Source: Oscillospiraceae bacterium
Lineage (GTDB): Bacteria > Bacillota > Clostridia > Oscillospirales > Oscillospiraceae
Assembly: GCA_017506735.1 (NCBI GenBank)
Contig: JAFVMW010000005.1
Span: forward strand, 19,815-83,814
DNA: 64,000 nt
Direction: 5' to 3'
A program made the position numbers and the translations under genes. This document shows, piece after piece, positions 52,861 through 63,098 of this stretch (the first letter of the stretch is position 1; each line of letters starts with the position of its first letter). The notes under the pieces are model-generated. The model did not search any database, was not told the DNA's origin, and saw nothing but the letters and a program-made list of their open reading frames with translations.

Positions 52861-55800
52861 ATGAGCCGCACCATGGAAACTATTCTGAAGCTGAGTGGCG
52901 AAGCGGAATACAGACAGGCGTTAAAATCGTGTGAGTCTGAACTGAAGCTGCTGAAAAGCGACCTGGATGTTACTGCCAGTACCTACCAGGATAACGCGAA
53001 TTCCATGCTTGCCCTTACTGAAAAGGGGGAAGGTCTCCAGAAACTGCTCGATAAACAGAAGGAAAAGCTGTCTATTTTAAGAGACGCGCTGGAGGATGCG
53101 AAAGAAGCTCAGGAAAAAGAAACACGGGCCCTCGAAGAGCTGAATCTCCAATACGAGGAGGCCGAAAGGGTTGCCCATGAATATGGGAAAACCCTGGGCG
53201 AGAACAGCGACGAATATCGTAGTGCTGTAAAGCATCAGAACGACCTCAAAAACGCGGTTATTTCTCACAATCTTAAGCTTTCGGCGGCATCCAAGGATGC
53301 AAACTACTACCAGTCTCAGATCAATAAAGCAAGCATTGAGGTTAATAAACTGAATGCTCAGATAAAGGAAAACAACCGTTATCTGGACGAGGCTCGCTCC
53401 TCCACCGATGGCTGTGCCCACTCCATCGATCAGTACGGAAAACGGGTGAAGGAAACTGCCCGGGAGCTGGACGATGCCGAGGAGAAGGTGGATGATTTCG
53501 CCGACGCCCTGGACGATGTGGACACCGACGACCTTTCCTTCGGGGATGTGCTGGGGGCTGAGATGATCGCAGAGGGCGCGGAGGCCATCCTGGAAAAGCT
53601 GGGCGACGTCATGGAGGAAACCCGGGAATACCGGCGCACCATGGCCAGCCTCAAGGAGTCCAGCCAGGATGCCGGTTACTCCGCCGGGGAGACTTCCCAG
53701 GAGTATGGAAAGCTCAACGGCGTTCTGGGGGATACCCAGGCCGCAGCCACCACCACCGCAAACCTCCAGGCCCTGGGACAGGCCCAGGGGAAGCTGCTGG
53801 AGCTGACCGATGGCGTCATCGGTGCCTGGGCGAAATACGGGGATTCCATTCCCATCGACGGCCTGTCTGAGGCCGTCGATCACACTGCCAAGCTGGGCGA
53901 GGTGCAGGGAAATCTGGCCGATGTGCTGGAATGGGCCGGAATCCCGGTGGAGGATTTCAACGCCCAGCTTGCCGCCTGCGGCTCCCTGACGGAACGGGCC
54001 AATCTGATCTCCCAGCTCTTTGCAGACCAGGGCCTGACCGCTCTGGGCCGCTCCTGGCAGGAGAATAACCGCTCCCTCATCGAGAGCAACAATGCCGCCG
54101 CTGCCATGCAGGAGCAGCTGGCCCGGCTGGCGGAAACGCTGGAACCGATCTTTACCGGGCTGACCAATGCCGGTGCCCGGATGCTGAGGACCATCAACGA
54201 CGGGCTGGATGCTCTGGCAGGGCATACCGCCGCCGATGATCTGGCCAGCAGCATGGACGGCTTCCGCCAGTCCATGCAGGGCGCGGCCCTGGCCACAGAC
54301 CAGACCAGAGCCTCCACCGAAAGCTCCGTCTTCATGGCCCAGCAGTATGTGGAACGGCTGACCGCTCTGGAACAGGCAGGTCTGGGCACCGCCGAGAGCC
54401 AGAGGGAATACGCTGCCACGGTGGAGCTGCTCAATGAGCTGGTACCGGGGCTGAATCTTGCCATCAATGAGCAGACCGGCCTCATCGACCAGAGCACCGG
54501 GACGGTGCTTGCCAATATCGATGCCTGGAAGCAGCAGTCCATGGCCAAGGCCATCCAGACGGAAATCACCGCCCAGCTGGATGCCCAGTCCGGGGCATAC
54601 CTGGCCCTGCAGAGGGCTGAAAAAGACAAAATCGCCCTGGATGCCAGAGAGGCGGAACTGCTGAAACGTCTGGAGGACGCTCAGAAAAGGGCAGGCACCC
54701 AGACAGGCCGCATGACCTCCGCTATGCAGCTGGGCTCCATCGCCTCTGACAGTCTGTCCGGGGCCCTCACAGACATGGGGAACCAGGCTCTGGGGATCAC
54801 CGACGAGATGGCAGAGCTGGAGCGTGAGCTGGCCCAGGTACGATCCGAGCAGGGGTATCTGGACGAGCAGATCGACGCCTCCAAGGGCCTGATCGCGGAA
54901 TCGGAGGAGGCCATCAACAGCACCCGGGAGGCCTACGGAGAGTTCGCCGAGGCCGCCCGGGAGACCGGTGAAACCGCCTCCGGCAGTGCCGAAACCATGT
55001 CCGATGCCATCGCCGAAAATGCCGCCGTGATCATGGAATCCTACAACAGCATGAAGGAATCCGCCCGGCAGAGCATCGACAGCCAGATCGGCCTGTTTGA
55101 CGATCTGAGCGAAAAATGCGATATGTCCGGGCAGGAGATGATCGAGGCTCTGGCCAAGCAGCGGCAGGCCTTTGAGAATTACGCCGACAATATCAAGACT
55201 GCCGTGGCCCGGGGCATCGACATCGGCCTGGTGCAGAAGCTCTCCGACGGCTCCCAGGAGTCCATGCAGCAGCTGGCCGTTCTGGTGGAGATGTCCGAGG
55301 AGGAGATCGACAAACTCAACGAGAACTTCCGGGGCGTGGAGGATGCAAAGGATGCCCTCGCCGAGGGTATGACGGCGGTATCTGACGAATTCCTTGCTCA
55401 GCTGGTGGAAATGGGCAAGCTGACGGAGGAAGAAGCCTATAACATGGGCCTGCAGTTAGTTAATGGCCTGGTGAGAGGCGTGAATGATAAGGCGCCAACC
55501 TACAACGAAACCGTTGGAAATCTGGCCAGAGGCGGCCAGTATACCTATCAGACCATCCAGGATCAGCATTCGCCCTCCCGGCGTTTCCGGGAATTTGCGA
55601 AAAACGATGTGGACGGCCTGGTGGTTGAGTACCAGGCCCAGCAGTCCAATTATGAAAAGGCCGCCGGAAATCTGGCGGAATCCGGCTATCAGGCCATGGT
55701 TCAGGCCCGGAGGGAATCCTCCGCCATACTGCGTGAGGACAGCTTGCCGGAGCTGCCGATCAGCCGAAGCGGCCCGGCCCAGACAATGCCCGGAGGGGCC

Positions 55801-56133
55801 GGGCCGGACTTGGAGCTGCCGGAACTGCTGCGCTCCTTTGAGGGGCTGATGCTGGCGCAGACGGACACCATGGGCGCGCTGTCCATGGAGGTGGAGCGGC
55901 TCACCGGAGAGCTGCTGCGGCTGTCCGACCGGGCGGCGAGTCTGTCCGAGCCTGCCCGGAGCGCACCTGCCCAGGATGAGCGCATCTATCCAATGCTCCA
56001 GCAGATGCTCACAGCCATCGAGGCAGGCCATGCCATTGTGCTCTATCCGGATGTGCTGGTGGGCGCAACCGCCGGGAGCTATAACCGAGCCTTTGGCTCT
56101 ATGCAAATGCTGACTGACAGGGGGGTGCAGTAA
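52861..56133 (+). CDS. Tape measure protein
   Basis: 1090-aa Ala/Glu-rich helical protein with HSPSR motif; position. Confidence 0.9.
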   Translation: MSRTMETILKLSGEAEYRQALKSCESELKLLKSDLDVTASTYQDNANSMLALTEKGEGLQKLLDKQKEKLSILRDALEDAKEAQEKETRALEELNLQYEEAERVAHEYGKTLGENSDEYRSAVKHQNDLKNAVISHNLKLSAASKDANYYQSQINKASIEVNKLNAQIKENNRYLDEARSSTDGCAHSIDQYGKRVKETARELDDAEEKVDDFADALDDVDTDDLSFGDVLGAEMIAEGAEAILEKLGDVMEETREYRRTMASLKESSQDAGYSAGETSQEYGKLNGVLGDTQAAATTTANLQALGQAQGKLLELTDGVIGAWAKYGDSIPIDGLSEAVDHTAKLGEVQGNLADVLEWAGIPVEDFNAQLAACGSLTERANLISQLFADQGLTALGRSWQENNRSLIESNNAAAAMQEQLARLAETLEPIFTGLTNAGARMLRTINDGLDALAGHTAADDLASSMDGFRQSMQGAALATDQTRASTESSVFMAQQYVERLTALEQAGLGTAESQREYAATVELLNELVPGLNLAINEQTGLIDQSTGTVLANIDAWKQQSMAKAIQTEITAQLDAQSGAYLALQRAEKDKIALDAREAELLKRLEDAQKRAGTQTGRMTSAMQLGSIASDSLSGALTDMGNQALGITDEMAELERELAQVRSEQGYLDEQIDASKGLIAESEEAINSTREAYGEFAEAARETGETASGSAETMSDAIAENAAVIMESYNSMKESARQSIDSQIGLFDDLSEKCDMSGQEMIEALAKQRQAFENYADNIKTAVARGIDIGLVQKLSDGSQESMQQLAVLVEMSEEEIDKLNENFRGVEDAKDALAEGMTAVSDEFLAQLVEMGKLTEEEAYNMGLQLVNGLVRGVNDKAPTYNETVGNLARGGQYTYQTIQDQHSPSRRFREFAKNDVDGLVVEYQAQQSNYEKAAGNLAESGYQAMVQARRESSAILREDSLPELPISRSGPAQTMPGGAGPDLELPELLRSFEGLMLAQTDTMGALSMEVERLTGELLRLSDRAASLSEPARSAPAQDERIYPMLQQMLTAIEAGHAIVLYPDVLVGATAGSYNRAFGSMQMLTDRGVQ

Positions 56134-56772
56134 ATGGATAATCAAATCTGGTTCGGCAACCGGAACAGCCTGACGGCCTACGGCCTGGAACTGATCCGCT
56201 GCACACTGACTCCGGCTGTACGGAAACAGCGGTGGGTTGATGTCCCCGGCGGAGACGGGAGCGTGGAGCTGATGGCCCCTGCAGGGCTGATCGCCTACGA
56301 GAACCGGACGCTCCGGGCAGAGCTGCGCTGTGTCACCGGGCGGTTGGGCAACGTGCTGGATCGGCTGACCCACGATCTGGAAGGGAATACGGTGAAAATC
56401 ATCCTTCCCGGCTCTCCCATGCGATACGTTGAGGGTGTATGCCACGTCAATTCCGCCCATCGGGGCGGAAAGAGCGTGACGGTTTCTGCCGTATGCGGCC
56501 CCTGGCGGTATTCCTGCCATCTGTCCACAGCACGGCAGCCTGCCAGCCCCGAGGGCATCACTTTCCGGTGGGCCAACGGCGGCAGCAAGCCCGTAATCCC
56601 GGAGCTGACTGTGGGAGAGGGCGGAACGGATCTCACCTGGAACGATGAGATCATACACCTGGACGAAGGACGGCACCTGGACCCCCGGCTGGTTATCCCT
56701 GCCCACAGTTTTATCACCGGGTACACCATGGGCGGTACAGTCACCGCCCAGTGGAGGGAGGCGATCCTGTGA
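56134..56772 (+). CDS. Distal tail protein
   Basis: VDVPGGDGS, YENRT; follows tape measure. Confidence 0.75.
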   Translation: MDNQIWFGNRNSLTAYGLELIRCTLTPAVRKQRWVDVPGGDGSVELMAPAGLIAYENRTLRAELRCVTGRLGNVLDRLTHDLEGNTVKIILPGSPMRYVEGVCHVNSAHRGGKSVTVSAVCGPWRYSCHLSTARQPASPEGITFRWANGGSKPVIPELTVGEGGTDLTWNDEIIHLDEGRHLDPRLVIPAHSFITGYTMGGTVTAQWREAIL

Positions 56773-58145
56773 GAATTGAAATCAAAACGGGGAAATCCCT
56801 CCTCTATGACAGCCAGCTCCCCGGGGATGCTCCCTGGAGAGTCCACGCAGCCGCCCTCTCTGAGCGGCTGAACAAGGCCGGGAGCCTGTCGCTGACACTG
56901 CCTGCCGATCATCCGGAACGGGACAAAATCGTCCCTCTGCGGTCGCCAGTGACGGTGTACAGGGACGGGAAACGCCGGTGGAGGGGCAGGGCACTGGTGC
57001 CGGGCTTTGACCGGTTCGGGCGCGCCGCTCTGGTCTGTGAGGGCGAGCTGAATTTCTTCCAGGATAGTGCCCAGCGGCCCGGCACCCTGGCCGGGACTCC
57101 GGCGGAGGTGTTCACTCTGCTCATCCAGCGGCACAACGCCCGGGTGGAGCCCTGGAAACAGTTTGCGGTCGGACAAATCACTGTGGTCGCCTCCACCGGA
57201 GCAATCTCCCTGGAGATCGTCCCCGGGAAACGAACTCACGCGTATATCTCCGCGCTCCTGAAGGATTACGGAGGTTATATCATTTTTGATGATGCGGACG
57301 ATGGCACCCGGCGAATCAACTGGTACGCCCAGCTGCCCTATGTCTGCAGCCAGCCTGTCCGGGCAGGATTCAATCTGCTGGACTTCTCCAGCTCCGGCAA
57401 CGCCACCGGATTTGCCACCCGGATCGTGCCCTATGGGGCGGAGCTGGAGGACGGCACCCGGCTGAAACTGGATCTGGAAGGCGTGGACTATGTGGAGGAC
57501 GCTGAGGCTGTGGCCCAGCACGGTATCGTTGAGACCTCTGTTGTGTACGACGGCGTGGAGGATCCGGCGGAGCTGGAGCGTCTGGCCCGGGCCGATCTGG
57601 TGAGGGCCTGCGTGATCCCAGAGACATTCTCCGTTAATGCGGTGGATATGTCCCCGGAATATCCGAGCCTGGGCAGGTTCTCCATGGGCCACCGGGTGCC
57701 TGTGGAATCTGCCTCCCACAACGCCGCCGGGCTGTACGATCTGCTGGCACTGGAGGAGGATCTCCTGGACCCCACCCAGGGAAAAATCACCCTGACCCGG
57801 GACGCGGCCTATGCCGATACCCGGGCGGACACCATCACCGGAACGATTACCGGGCAGCAGGAGCAGATCGACAACCCCAGAATCCGGCTCCCCGGCGGCT
57901 GGATGGGCTACGTCACCGGCTCCACGGGGCAGGAAACCACCACCGGCATCGGCGTAGTTCACGAGCTTGGCCGGGTTTTGGGACTCTGGACCTGGGCAGG
58001 CGTCCGCTTGCAGGCCGGGGATACCATGCTGTATCTGGTACAGGCCAATAATCAGATTGCGCTCCGGGGCACCGTGGACATCCAGGGCAGGTTGCTGCTC
58101 AACGGGCAGGAGATCACGGCCGCAGCGACAGAGGAGGGAACGTAA
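56769..58145 (+). CDS. Tail hub/endopeptidase-like (Tal) protein
   Basis: LNKAGSL, CEGELNFFQDS, ATRIVPYGA. Confidence 0.75.
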   Translation: MRIEIKTGKSLLYDSQLPGDAPWRVHAAALSERLNKAGSLSLTLPADHPERDKIVPLRSPVTVYRDGKRRWRGRALVPGFDRFGRAALVCEGELNFFQDSAQRPGTLAGTPAEVFTLLIQRHNARVEPWKQFAVGQITVVASTGAISLEIVPGKRTHAYISALLKDYGGYIIFDDADDGTRRINWYAQLPYVCSQPVRAGFNLLDFSSSGNATGFATRIVPYGAELEDGTRLKLDLEGVDYVEDAEAVAQHGIVETSVVYDGVEDPAELERLARADLVRACVIPETFSVNAVDMSPEYPSLGRFSMGHRVPVESASHNAAGLYDLLALEEDLLDPTQGKITLTRDAAYADTRADTITGTITGQQEQIDNPRIRLPGGWMGYVTGSTGQETTTGIGVVHELGRVLGLWTWAGVRLQAGDTMLYLVQANNQIALRGTVDIQGRLLLNGQEITAAATEEGT

Positions 58146-58850
58146 ATGGAAATCAAAGAACGCATCCAGCTGGATCTGGCGAAACTGGGCCCGATGCTGG
58201 AGATCCACGCCAAACAGGGCGATGATGCTGCCCGGTTTGTGGAGGTGGAGCTGCTGGAGAATGGGGTGGCGTATGCCATCCCGGAAGGGGCGTCGGCCTA
58301 TTTCCGGTGCAGGAAGCCGGACGGGCACAGCTGCTACAATCCGGCGGCGATCAGTAACGAGGACGGCACCATTCTGGTGGAGCTGACTGCTCAGGTGCTG
58401 GCTGTGCCTGGGCCGGTGCTGGCGGACGTGGTGCTGGAGGGGGATGGCGTGCTGTCGGCGTTCTCCTTTATCATCCAGGTGGAGGCGGCCCCTCTGGGGG
58501 ATCTGGCGGAGAGCCGGGACGAGCTGGGGCGGTATGAGGATCAGCTGGCGCAGATCGGTACCGCCATCGAGGATGTACAGGCCGCCGTTGAGGATTTGCA
58601 GGCCAGCGCGGAGGGGACTCTGGAGCAGCGGCTCCGGGCAAAATCCATCCGTGTGACCAATTTCCCGGCAACCGAGCCGCCCTCCATTACCGTGGGTGTT
58701 GTCCGGGAGGACGACAGCGCGGTGGCCTATGTGGTAAATCTGGGCGCCAACGGCTACCCGGCAGAGGTTACCGTAAAGCACGGGGCGGACTCCGCGGAGG
58801 ACTCCGCGGATGACTGGGAGTGTGTGTTTGCATGGGAGGGATTTGAATGA
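58146..58850 (+). CDS. BppU-family baseplate upper protein
   Basis: AKQGD..ARF, KPDG, LTAQVLAVPG. Confidence 0.8.
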   Translation: MEIKERIQLDLAKLGPMLEIHAKQGDDAARFVEVELLENGVAYAIPEGASAYFRCRKPDGHSCYNPAAISNEDGTILVELTAQVLAVPGPVLADVVLEGDGVLSAFSFIIQVEAAPLGDLAESRDELGRYEDQLAQIGTAIEDVQAAVEDLQASAEGTLEQRLRAKSIRVTNFPATEPPSITVGVVREDDSAVAYVVNLGANGYPAEVTVKHGADSAEDSADDWECVFAWEGFE

Positions 58851-59404
58851 GCTTCGATCTGAAGTCCTGGCTCTCTGGCTTTGTTCCTGCGGTGGGAGGG
58901 CTGCCCCAGCCGGTGGTGGGCGGTGGGGAGGATAAAAAGCTCTCCGTCCTTGGCTGGCTCATGGGGCGGCAGGTGATGCTCCGGGGAGCTGGTGCGGAGC
59001 AGGAGCCGGGGGAGCCGGTGGCGTATCTCTATAATGAGGTGCGGTTGCCCCCACCGGCGACCAATGCAGCGTACAAGGCAATTTTGAAACACAAACAAAC
59101 AGACGATTACGTTTGTGTTGCGTGTGTGTTTAAATTGAAATATGTTCGCTGGATTGAGGGGGATACCGCCCTTTATTACAGTGAGAATTATTCCACCTGG
59201 CAGGTGTTGAACCAGGCAACCGGCGAATGGGTTAATAAGGGCGAGTTAAACGGAGATTATCTACCCGTTATAACCCTAGACGGGGTTAATTATTGGCATT
59301 TTTCTGCCTATGATTATGTGTGGTCAAATTTCACGATTACAGACCCGGATGATAGTTCCGTGATTATCTATGAGGGTACGAAACCCGTACCCGTCTATGG
59401 ATAA
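58847..59404 (+). CDS. Tail-associated protein, candidate receptor binding
   Basis: PVAYLYNEVRLP followed by an aromatic-rich, AT-rich C-terminal domain. Confidence 0.6.
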   Translation: MSFDLKSWLSGFVPAVGGLPQPVVGGGEDKKLSVLGWLMGRQVMLRGAGAEQEPGEPVAYLYNEVRLPPPATNAAYKAILKHKQTDDYVCVACVFKLKYVRWIEGDTALYYSENYSTWQVLNQATGEWVNKGELNGDYLPVITLDGVNYWHFSAYDYVWSNFTITDPDDSSVIIYEGTKPVPVYG

Positions 59405-59416
59405 GGAGGGAAACGC

Positions 59417-59890
59417 ATGAAATTATTTGATATGCTGCTGGGGCAGGAGATCTTCGGCGGTGGGGCGGCTGGGGGTGGCAGCGATTTGCCCGAGGGAGTG
59501 TATGTGTGTGCTGGTTTTTCTGAGCACTACGAACTGGACGATATGTTGTTAACCCGATGCGGCGACTATCTCGAACTGCCTAACATCGACGAGTTCTGCA
59601 ATGATTTGGGAAATCTCGCTGCCACTGATGGAGTATTCTATATCGTTTATGCGGCTGGTGGGAACTACACATCCAAAGAGGCACGTGGAAACAGCGAAGT
59701 TACTAACGAGCTGTTTCTCGAATATATGGAGGATGGTGTGCTGGCTGTTACCGATCTGGATGGTAATTTCCTCTTGATTAACACGCCGAATGCAATGGGG
59801 GATGTCCCACCCGGACTGTATACTGTGGATAGTGCCATTAGCCCGGGCTACCCGGTAATGCTGGTATATCAGTACACGCCGAGAGGGTGA
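59417..59890 (+). CDS. Tail-region hypothetical protein
   Basis: AAGGAGG RBS; Gly linker then acidic domain. Confidence 0.6.
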   Translation: MKLFDMLLGQEIFGGGAAGGGSDLPEGVYVCAGFSEHYELDDMLLTRCGDYLELPNIDEFCNDLGNLAATDGVFYIVYAAGGNYTSKEARGNSEVTNELFLEYMEDGVLAVTDLDGNFLLINTPNAMGDVPPGLYTVDSAISPGYPVMLVYQYTPRG

Positions 59891-59903
59891 CAGGGAGGAA
59901 CAC

Positions 59904-60170
59904 ATGAAATACTTCATCATCTACGCCTTGAATCTGCTTGATGCCATCATAACCCTGTACTGGGTTGGCATCCACGGCATCGGGGTGGAGATCAATCCGC
60001 TGATGCGGATGGCACTCAGCAACCCCATCGTGTTTGTGGCTGTTAAGCTGGTGCTGTTTCCGATCCTGCTGATCTGGATGTGGTACAAGCACCACGATGA
60101 TACGGCGTGGTTTGCGCTGGGGGCATTCTCGGCGGTTGCAGTGCTCAACATCAGCACCGTATTCGGTTAA
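59904..60170 (+). CDS. DUF5658-like membrane protein
   Basis: LNLLDAIIT..G..EINPLM..KL. Confidence 0.7.
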   Translation: MKYFIIYALNLLDAIITLYWVGIHGIGVEINPLMRMALSNPIVFVAVKLVLFPILLIWMWYKHHDDTAWFALGAFSAVAVLNISTVFG

Positions 60171-60189
60171 ACCAAGGAGGTAAAAATCT

Positions 60190-60432
60190 ATGACGGAAAC
60201 ATTTGAGAGAATCATCGTGGATGCTAACAACCGGATCGTTCGGGCGGAGGGCACCCAGGCCCTGATCCTGATGCAGGATAAGGATGAGCTTATCCCGGAC
60301 GGTGCCGCCCAGGGGAGCCAGTGCTATATTACCGATGGCCCCGGCGTCGCCGTGTGCAACCGGAATGGCGTGTGGACTGCCGGCAACGGCAAACAGGCCA
60401 CCGCAGGGCAGCCCTGGAGCGATCTGCTGTAA
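60190..60432 (+). CDS. Phage hypothetical protein
   Basis: AAGGAGG RBS; GSQCYITD. Confidence 0.65.
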   Translation: MTETFERIIVDANNRIVRAEGTQALILMQDKDELIPDGAAQGSQCYITDGPGVAVCNRNGVWTAGNGKQATAGQPWSDLL

Positions 60433-60444
60433 GGAGGGCTGGGG

Positions 60445-60909
60445 ATGACTCTGGAGGAGCTGCTGATGGGCGGCGCATTGGGGGCTGGCCTGCTGACGCT
60501 GGTGCAGCTCAGTCCCGTGAAAATCAATCCCTGGACGCGGCTGGGCAAGCTCCTCCGGAGGCTCTGGACGGCCTTCTGCCGCTCCCTCAACGCGGAGGTG
60601 CTGACGGAGCTGGCCACCCTGCGGACGGGGCAGCAGGAGACACGGCAGACTCTGGAGGAGCACATCGCGCTCTCTGACAGACGGGAGGCGGACAGCTACC
60701 GGGCCAGCATCCTGCATTTTAACGTGGAGCTGATCGAGCGCAGGCCCCACACCCGGGAGGATTTTATTGAGATTTTGAGCGATATCGATCACTATGAGCG
60801 ATACTGCGAGTCCCACCCCAACTATGAGAACAACCGGGCCGTGTGCGCAATCGCCAATATCAAACGGGTGTACGCAGTCCGGATGGAAAAGGGCGATTTT
60901 GCCCAGTAA
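60445..60909 (+). CDS. Lysis-module membrane protein (holin-associated)
   Basis: PVKINPW, RASILHF, YERYC..HPNYEN. Confidence 0.7.
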   Translation: MTLEELLMGGALGAGLLTLVQLSPVKINPWTRLGKLLRRLWTAFCRSLNAEVLTELATLRTGQQETRQTLEEHIALSDRREADSYRASILHFNVELIERRPHTREDFIEILSDIDHYERYCESHPNYENNRAVCAIANIKRVYAVRMEKGDFAQ

Positions 60910-60920
60910 GGAGGACATAC

Positions 60921-61265
60921 ATGGAAATCATGGATTACATCAACGTATTGATGGAGTACGGCTCCATCCTGTTTCTGATTCTGGGAGTGCTGGTGTTCAT
61001 CACCAACATCATCGTGGAGGTGATCAAGGCCGCCATCCCCATCCCCACCAACATCGTCACCGTCATCGTCGCCGAGATCGTCACCGTGGCAGTTTTTGCC
61101 ATCGCCATGACGGCGTTGGAAATCACGGTATCCTGGTGCTACGTCATCGGCGCGCTGACTCTGGGCATCTTTGTGGCCTATGCTGCCATGTTTGGCTTTG
61201 ATAAGCTCAAGGCGGCGTGGGAGAGCATGGGGGTCAACCTCACCGGGAGGGGCGGCCATGACTGA
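60921..61265 (+). CDS. Holin
   Basis: Three TM segments, TNIIVEVIK, AMFGFDKL; directly precedes the endolysin. Confidence 0.75.
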   Translation: MEIMDYINVLMEYGSILFLILGVLVFITNIIVEVIKAAIPIPTNIVTVIVAEIVTVAVFAIAMTALEITVSWCYVIGALTLGIFVAYAAMFGFDKLKAAWESMGVNLTGRGGHD

Positions 61266-61932
61266 GCTGGAGCTGCGCAAACTCTATGTGGATACCCTCC
61301 GGGGCTATCTGGGTGCCCGTGAAGGCGACGAACGGCACCGGGAGCTGATTGACTACTACAACAGTATGCCCGTGCTGCCCCGGGGGTATAAAATGACTTA
61401 CACCGCCGACTGGTGCGTTGCCACCGCCGTGGCCGTGGGCGTGAAGCTGGGGCTGGAGTCCATCATCCTGGCGGAGTGCAGTTGCACCAGGCTGATCGCC
61501 ATGTACAAGGCCATCGGGCGATTCGTGGAGGGGGCCGGGTATCTGCCCCAGATCGGCGATTTTGTGATCTACGATTGGCAGGGTGATGCCGACCCCGATC
61601 ACTGGGGCACCGTTGCCGAGGTGGAGGGCGATATGCTGGTGATCATCGAGGGAAACATGGCCGACCGGGTGGACACCCGGCTCATCACCCTGGACGATCC
61701 CCGGATTTACGGCTACTGCCTGCCGGATTATGCCAGTATGGCCGACCGTGAGCCTGCGCCGGTGTTTGTGGATGTGCCGCAGGATGCCTGGTATGCAGAG
61801 GCCGTGGCCTACTGCGCCCGGCATGAGCTGATGGTGGGCCGGGAGGACGGCAGCTTCGATCCCCTGGCCCCTGTGACAAGGGCTGAGCTGGCGGCGGTGG
61901 TGCAGAGACTCCACCAGGCGCTGAGCGAGTAA
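61258..61932 (+). CDS. Endolysin: CHAP domain plus C-terminal SLH domain
   Basis: DWCVA, GDFVIYDW, DHWG, IEGN; FVDVPQDAWY...LMVG...FDP..VTRAE. Confidence 0.9.
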   Translation: MTELELRKLYVDTLRGYLGAREGDERHRELIDYYNSMPVLPRGYKMTYTADWCVATAVAVGVKLGLESIILAECSCTRLIAMYKAIGRFVEGAGYLPQIGDFVIYDWQGDADPDHWGTVAEVEGDMLVIIEGNMADRVDTRLITLDDPRIYGYCLPDYASMADREPAPVFVDVPQDAWYAEAVAYCARHELMVGREDGSFDPLAPVTRAELAAVVQRLHQALSE

Positions 61933-61936
61933 TGAT

Positions 61937-61969
61937 TTCCCCCACTCTCTGACGAGGGTGGGGGATTTT
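61937..61969 (+). terminator. Late operon terminator
   Basis: TTCCCCCACTCTC-TGAC-GAGGGTGGGGGATTTT. Confidence 0.75.
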
Positions 61970-61993
61970 CTGCGTTTTAGGGCGGAAAATAAA

Positions 61994-62045
61994 TAACGGA
62001 TTTCGTTAAAAAGTTCTTGACAAATAACGGAATCCGTTATATAAT
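61994..62045 (+). promoter_or_regulatory. Consensus sigma-A promoter with two palindromic operators
   Basis: TTGACA(62017)-17-TATAAT; TAACGGATTTCGTTA (61994) and TAACGGAATCCGTTA (62025). Confidence 0.88.
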
Positions 62046-62097
62046 GTAGTCACAAGGAAGAGATAACCAACCACCCAAATCAAGGAGGAATTTGAAA

Positions 62098-62418
62098 ATG
62101 ATCGAACTTACTGGCACTGAGAAGCAGATCGCATGGGCAACCGATATCCGTGCAAAGTTCATTGCTAACGCCGCCAAGAAATCCGCCCACTGGAGGGATG
62201 ATATCGCCGGATGCATCGAAGACGATGATTCCGAGGGCGCAGCGTGGGCAACCGAAAAGCTGGAAAAGCTCAACCGACTGACCGCTGAAATCCTGAACGA
62301 AGTTTCTCGTGCTGGTTGGTGGATTGATTACGGTCGAGCAGATGCGGATATTGTTATTCGTGAGTTCGACAGCGTAAAGCGGGGCATTGCCCTCGACGGC
62401 TCCAAGCGTATCCGGTAA
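62098..62418 (+). CDS. Phage hypothetical protein
   Basis: LTGTEKQIAWATDIR...AGWWID; AAGGAGG RBS. Confidence 0.75.
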   Translation: MIELTGTEKQIAWATDIRAKFIANAAKKSAHWRDDIAGCIEDDDSEGAAWATEKLEKLNRLTAEILNEVSRAGWWIDYGRADADIVIREFDSVKRGIALDGSKRIR

Positions 62419-62456
62419 AACCAACCGGGGACGAAAAGAAATAAGGAGGAAAGGAA

Positions 62457-62651
62457 ATGAAACATTATTATCTAGCAAACCCCGAACACTCTGACGCTAT
62501 TTACGGCGATCAATACCCCGTCTGCATCGATCTGGCTGAAGTCAAACGACTGGCCCATGAGTGGGACATGACTACCGAAGAGCTGCTTGATCAGATGCAC
62601 GAGGCGTCTGATGCTGAAATTGCAGAGTGGGGCGTATACGAGGAGGCCTAA
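62457..62651 (+). CDS. Small acidic phage protein
   Basis: Strong RBS; 64 aa, Asp/Glu-rich. Confidence 0.7.
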   Translation: MKHYYLANPEHSDAIYGDQYPVCIDLAEVKRLAHEWDMTTEELLDQMHEASDAEIAEWGVYEEA

Positions 62652-63098
62652 ATGCTAAAAACAATCTATCGTTCCTATGATCCGAAAAAGCGCAGGTTCT
62701 ACGGGTTTGCACTCCCGGAGTATCAGGACGCATTCCACGAGGAGCATCCAAATGCATACCGCTGCCCCGTCCTGGAGGTAACTGCCGATCAGCTCGCTCT
62801 CTGGCGCAATACCGGCGCATGGGAGGAGGATTTCCAGCGACAGGAATTCATCCCCGCCGGTCGGCTTCTGCGCTGGCCCATCGACGAGCCTGATGTTATA
62901 ACGGAGTCAGATTCCTGGGACGCAGCCCACATGAGCGTCAAACATATTTGCAGGGCCGCGGGTCTGACCCAGACCGCAGCAGGGCAGCGGTTTGGAATCC
63001 CCTGGAGGACGTTCTCCGACTGGTGCCGCGGCGTTTCTAAATGCCCCGACTACATCAGATTGATGATGTGCGAGCTGCTGGGCATCTTCCACCGCTAA
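62652..63098 (+). CDS. Protein with C-terminal XRE-type HTH
   Basis: GLTQTAAGQRFGIPWRTFSDWCRG..KCPDY; followed by hairpin 63105-63133. Confidence 0.8.
   Translation: MLKTIYRSYDPKKRRFYGFALPEYQDAFHEEHPNAYRCPVLEVTADQLALWRNTGAWEEDFQRQEFIPAGRLLRWPIDEPDVITESDSWDAAHMSVKHICRAAGLTQTAAGQRFGIPWRTFSDWCRGVSKCPDYIRLMMCELLGIFHR

Noticed and set aside
58787-58810. GGACTCCGCGGA duplication
   Set aside because: In-frame 12-bp duplication in a BppU loop; no sign of phase variation.
58847-61932. Diversity-generating retroelement in tail genes
   Set aside because: No reverse transcriptase and no template/variable repeat pair visible in the window.
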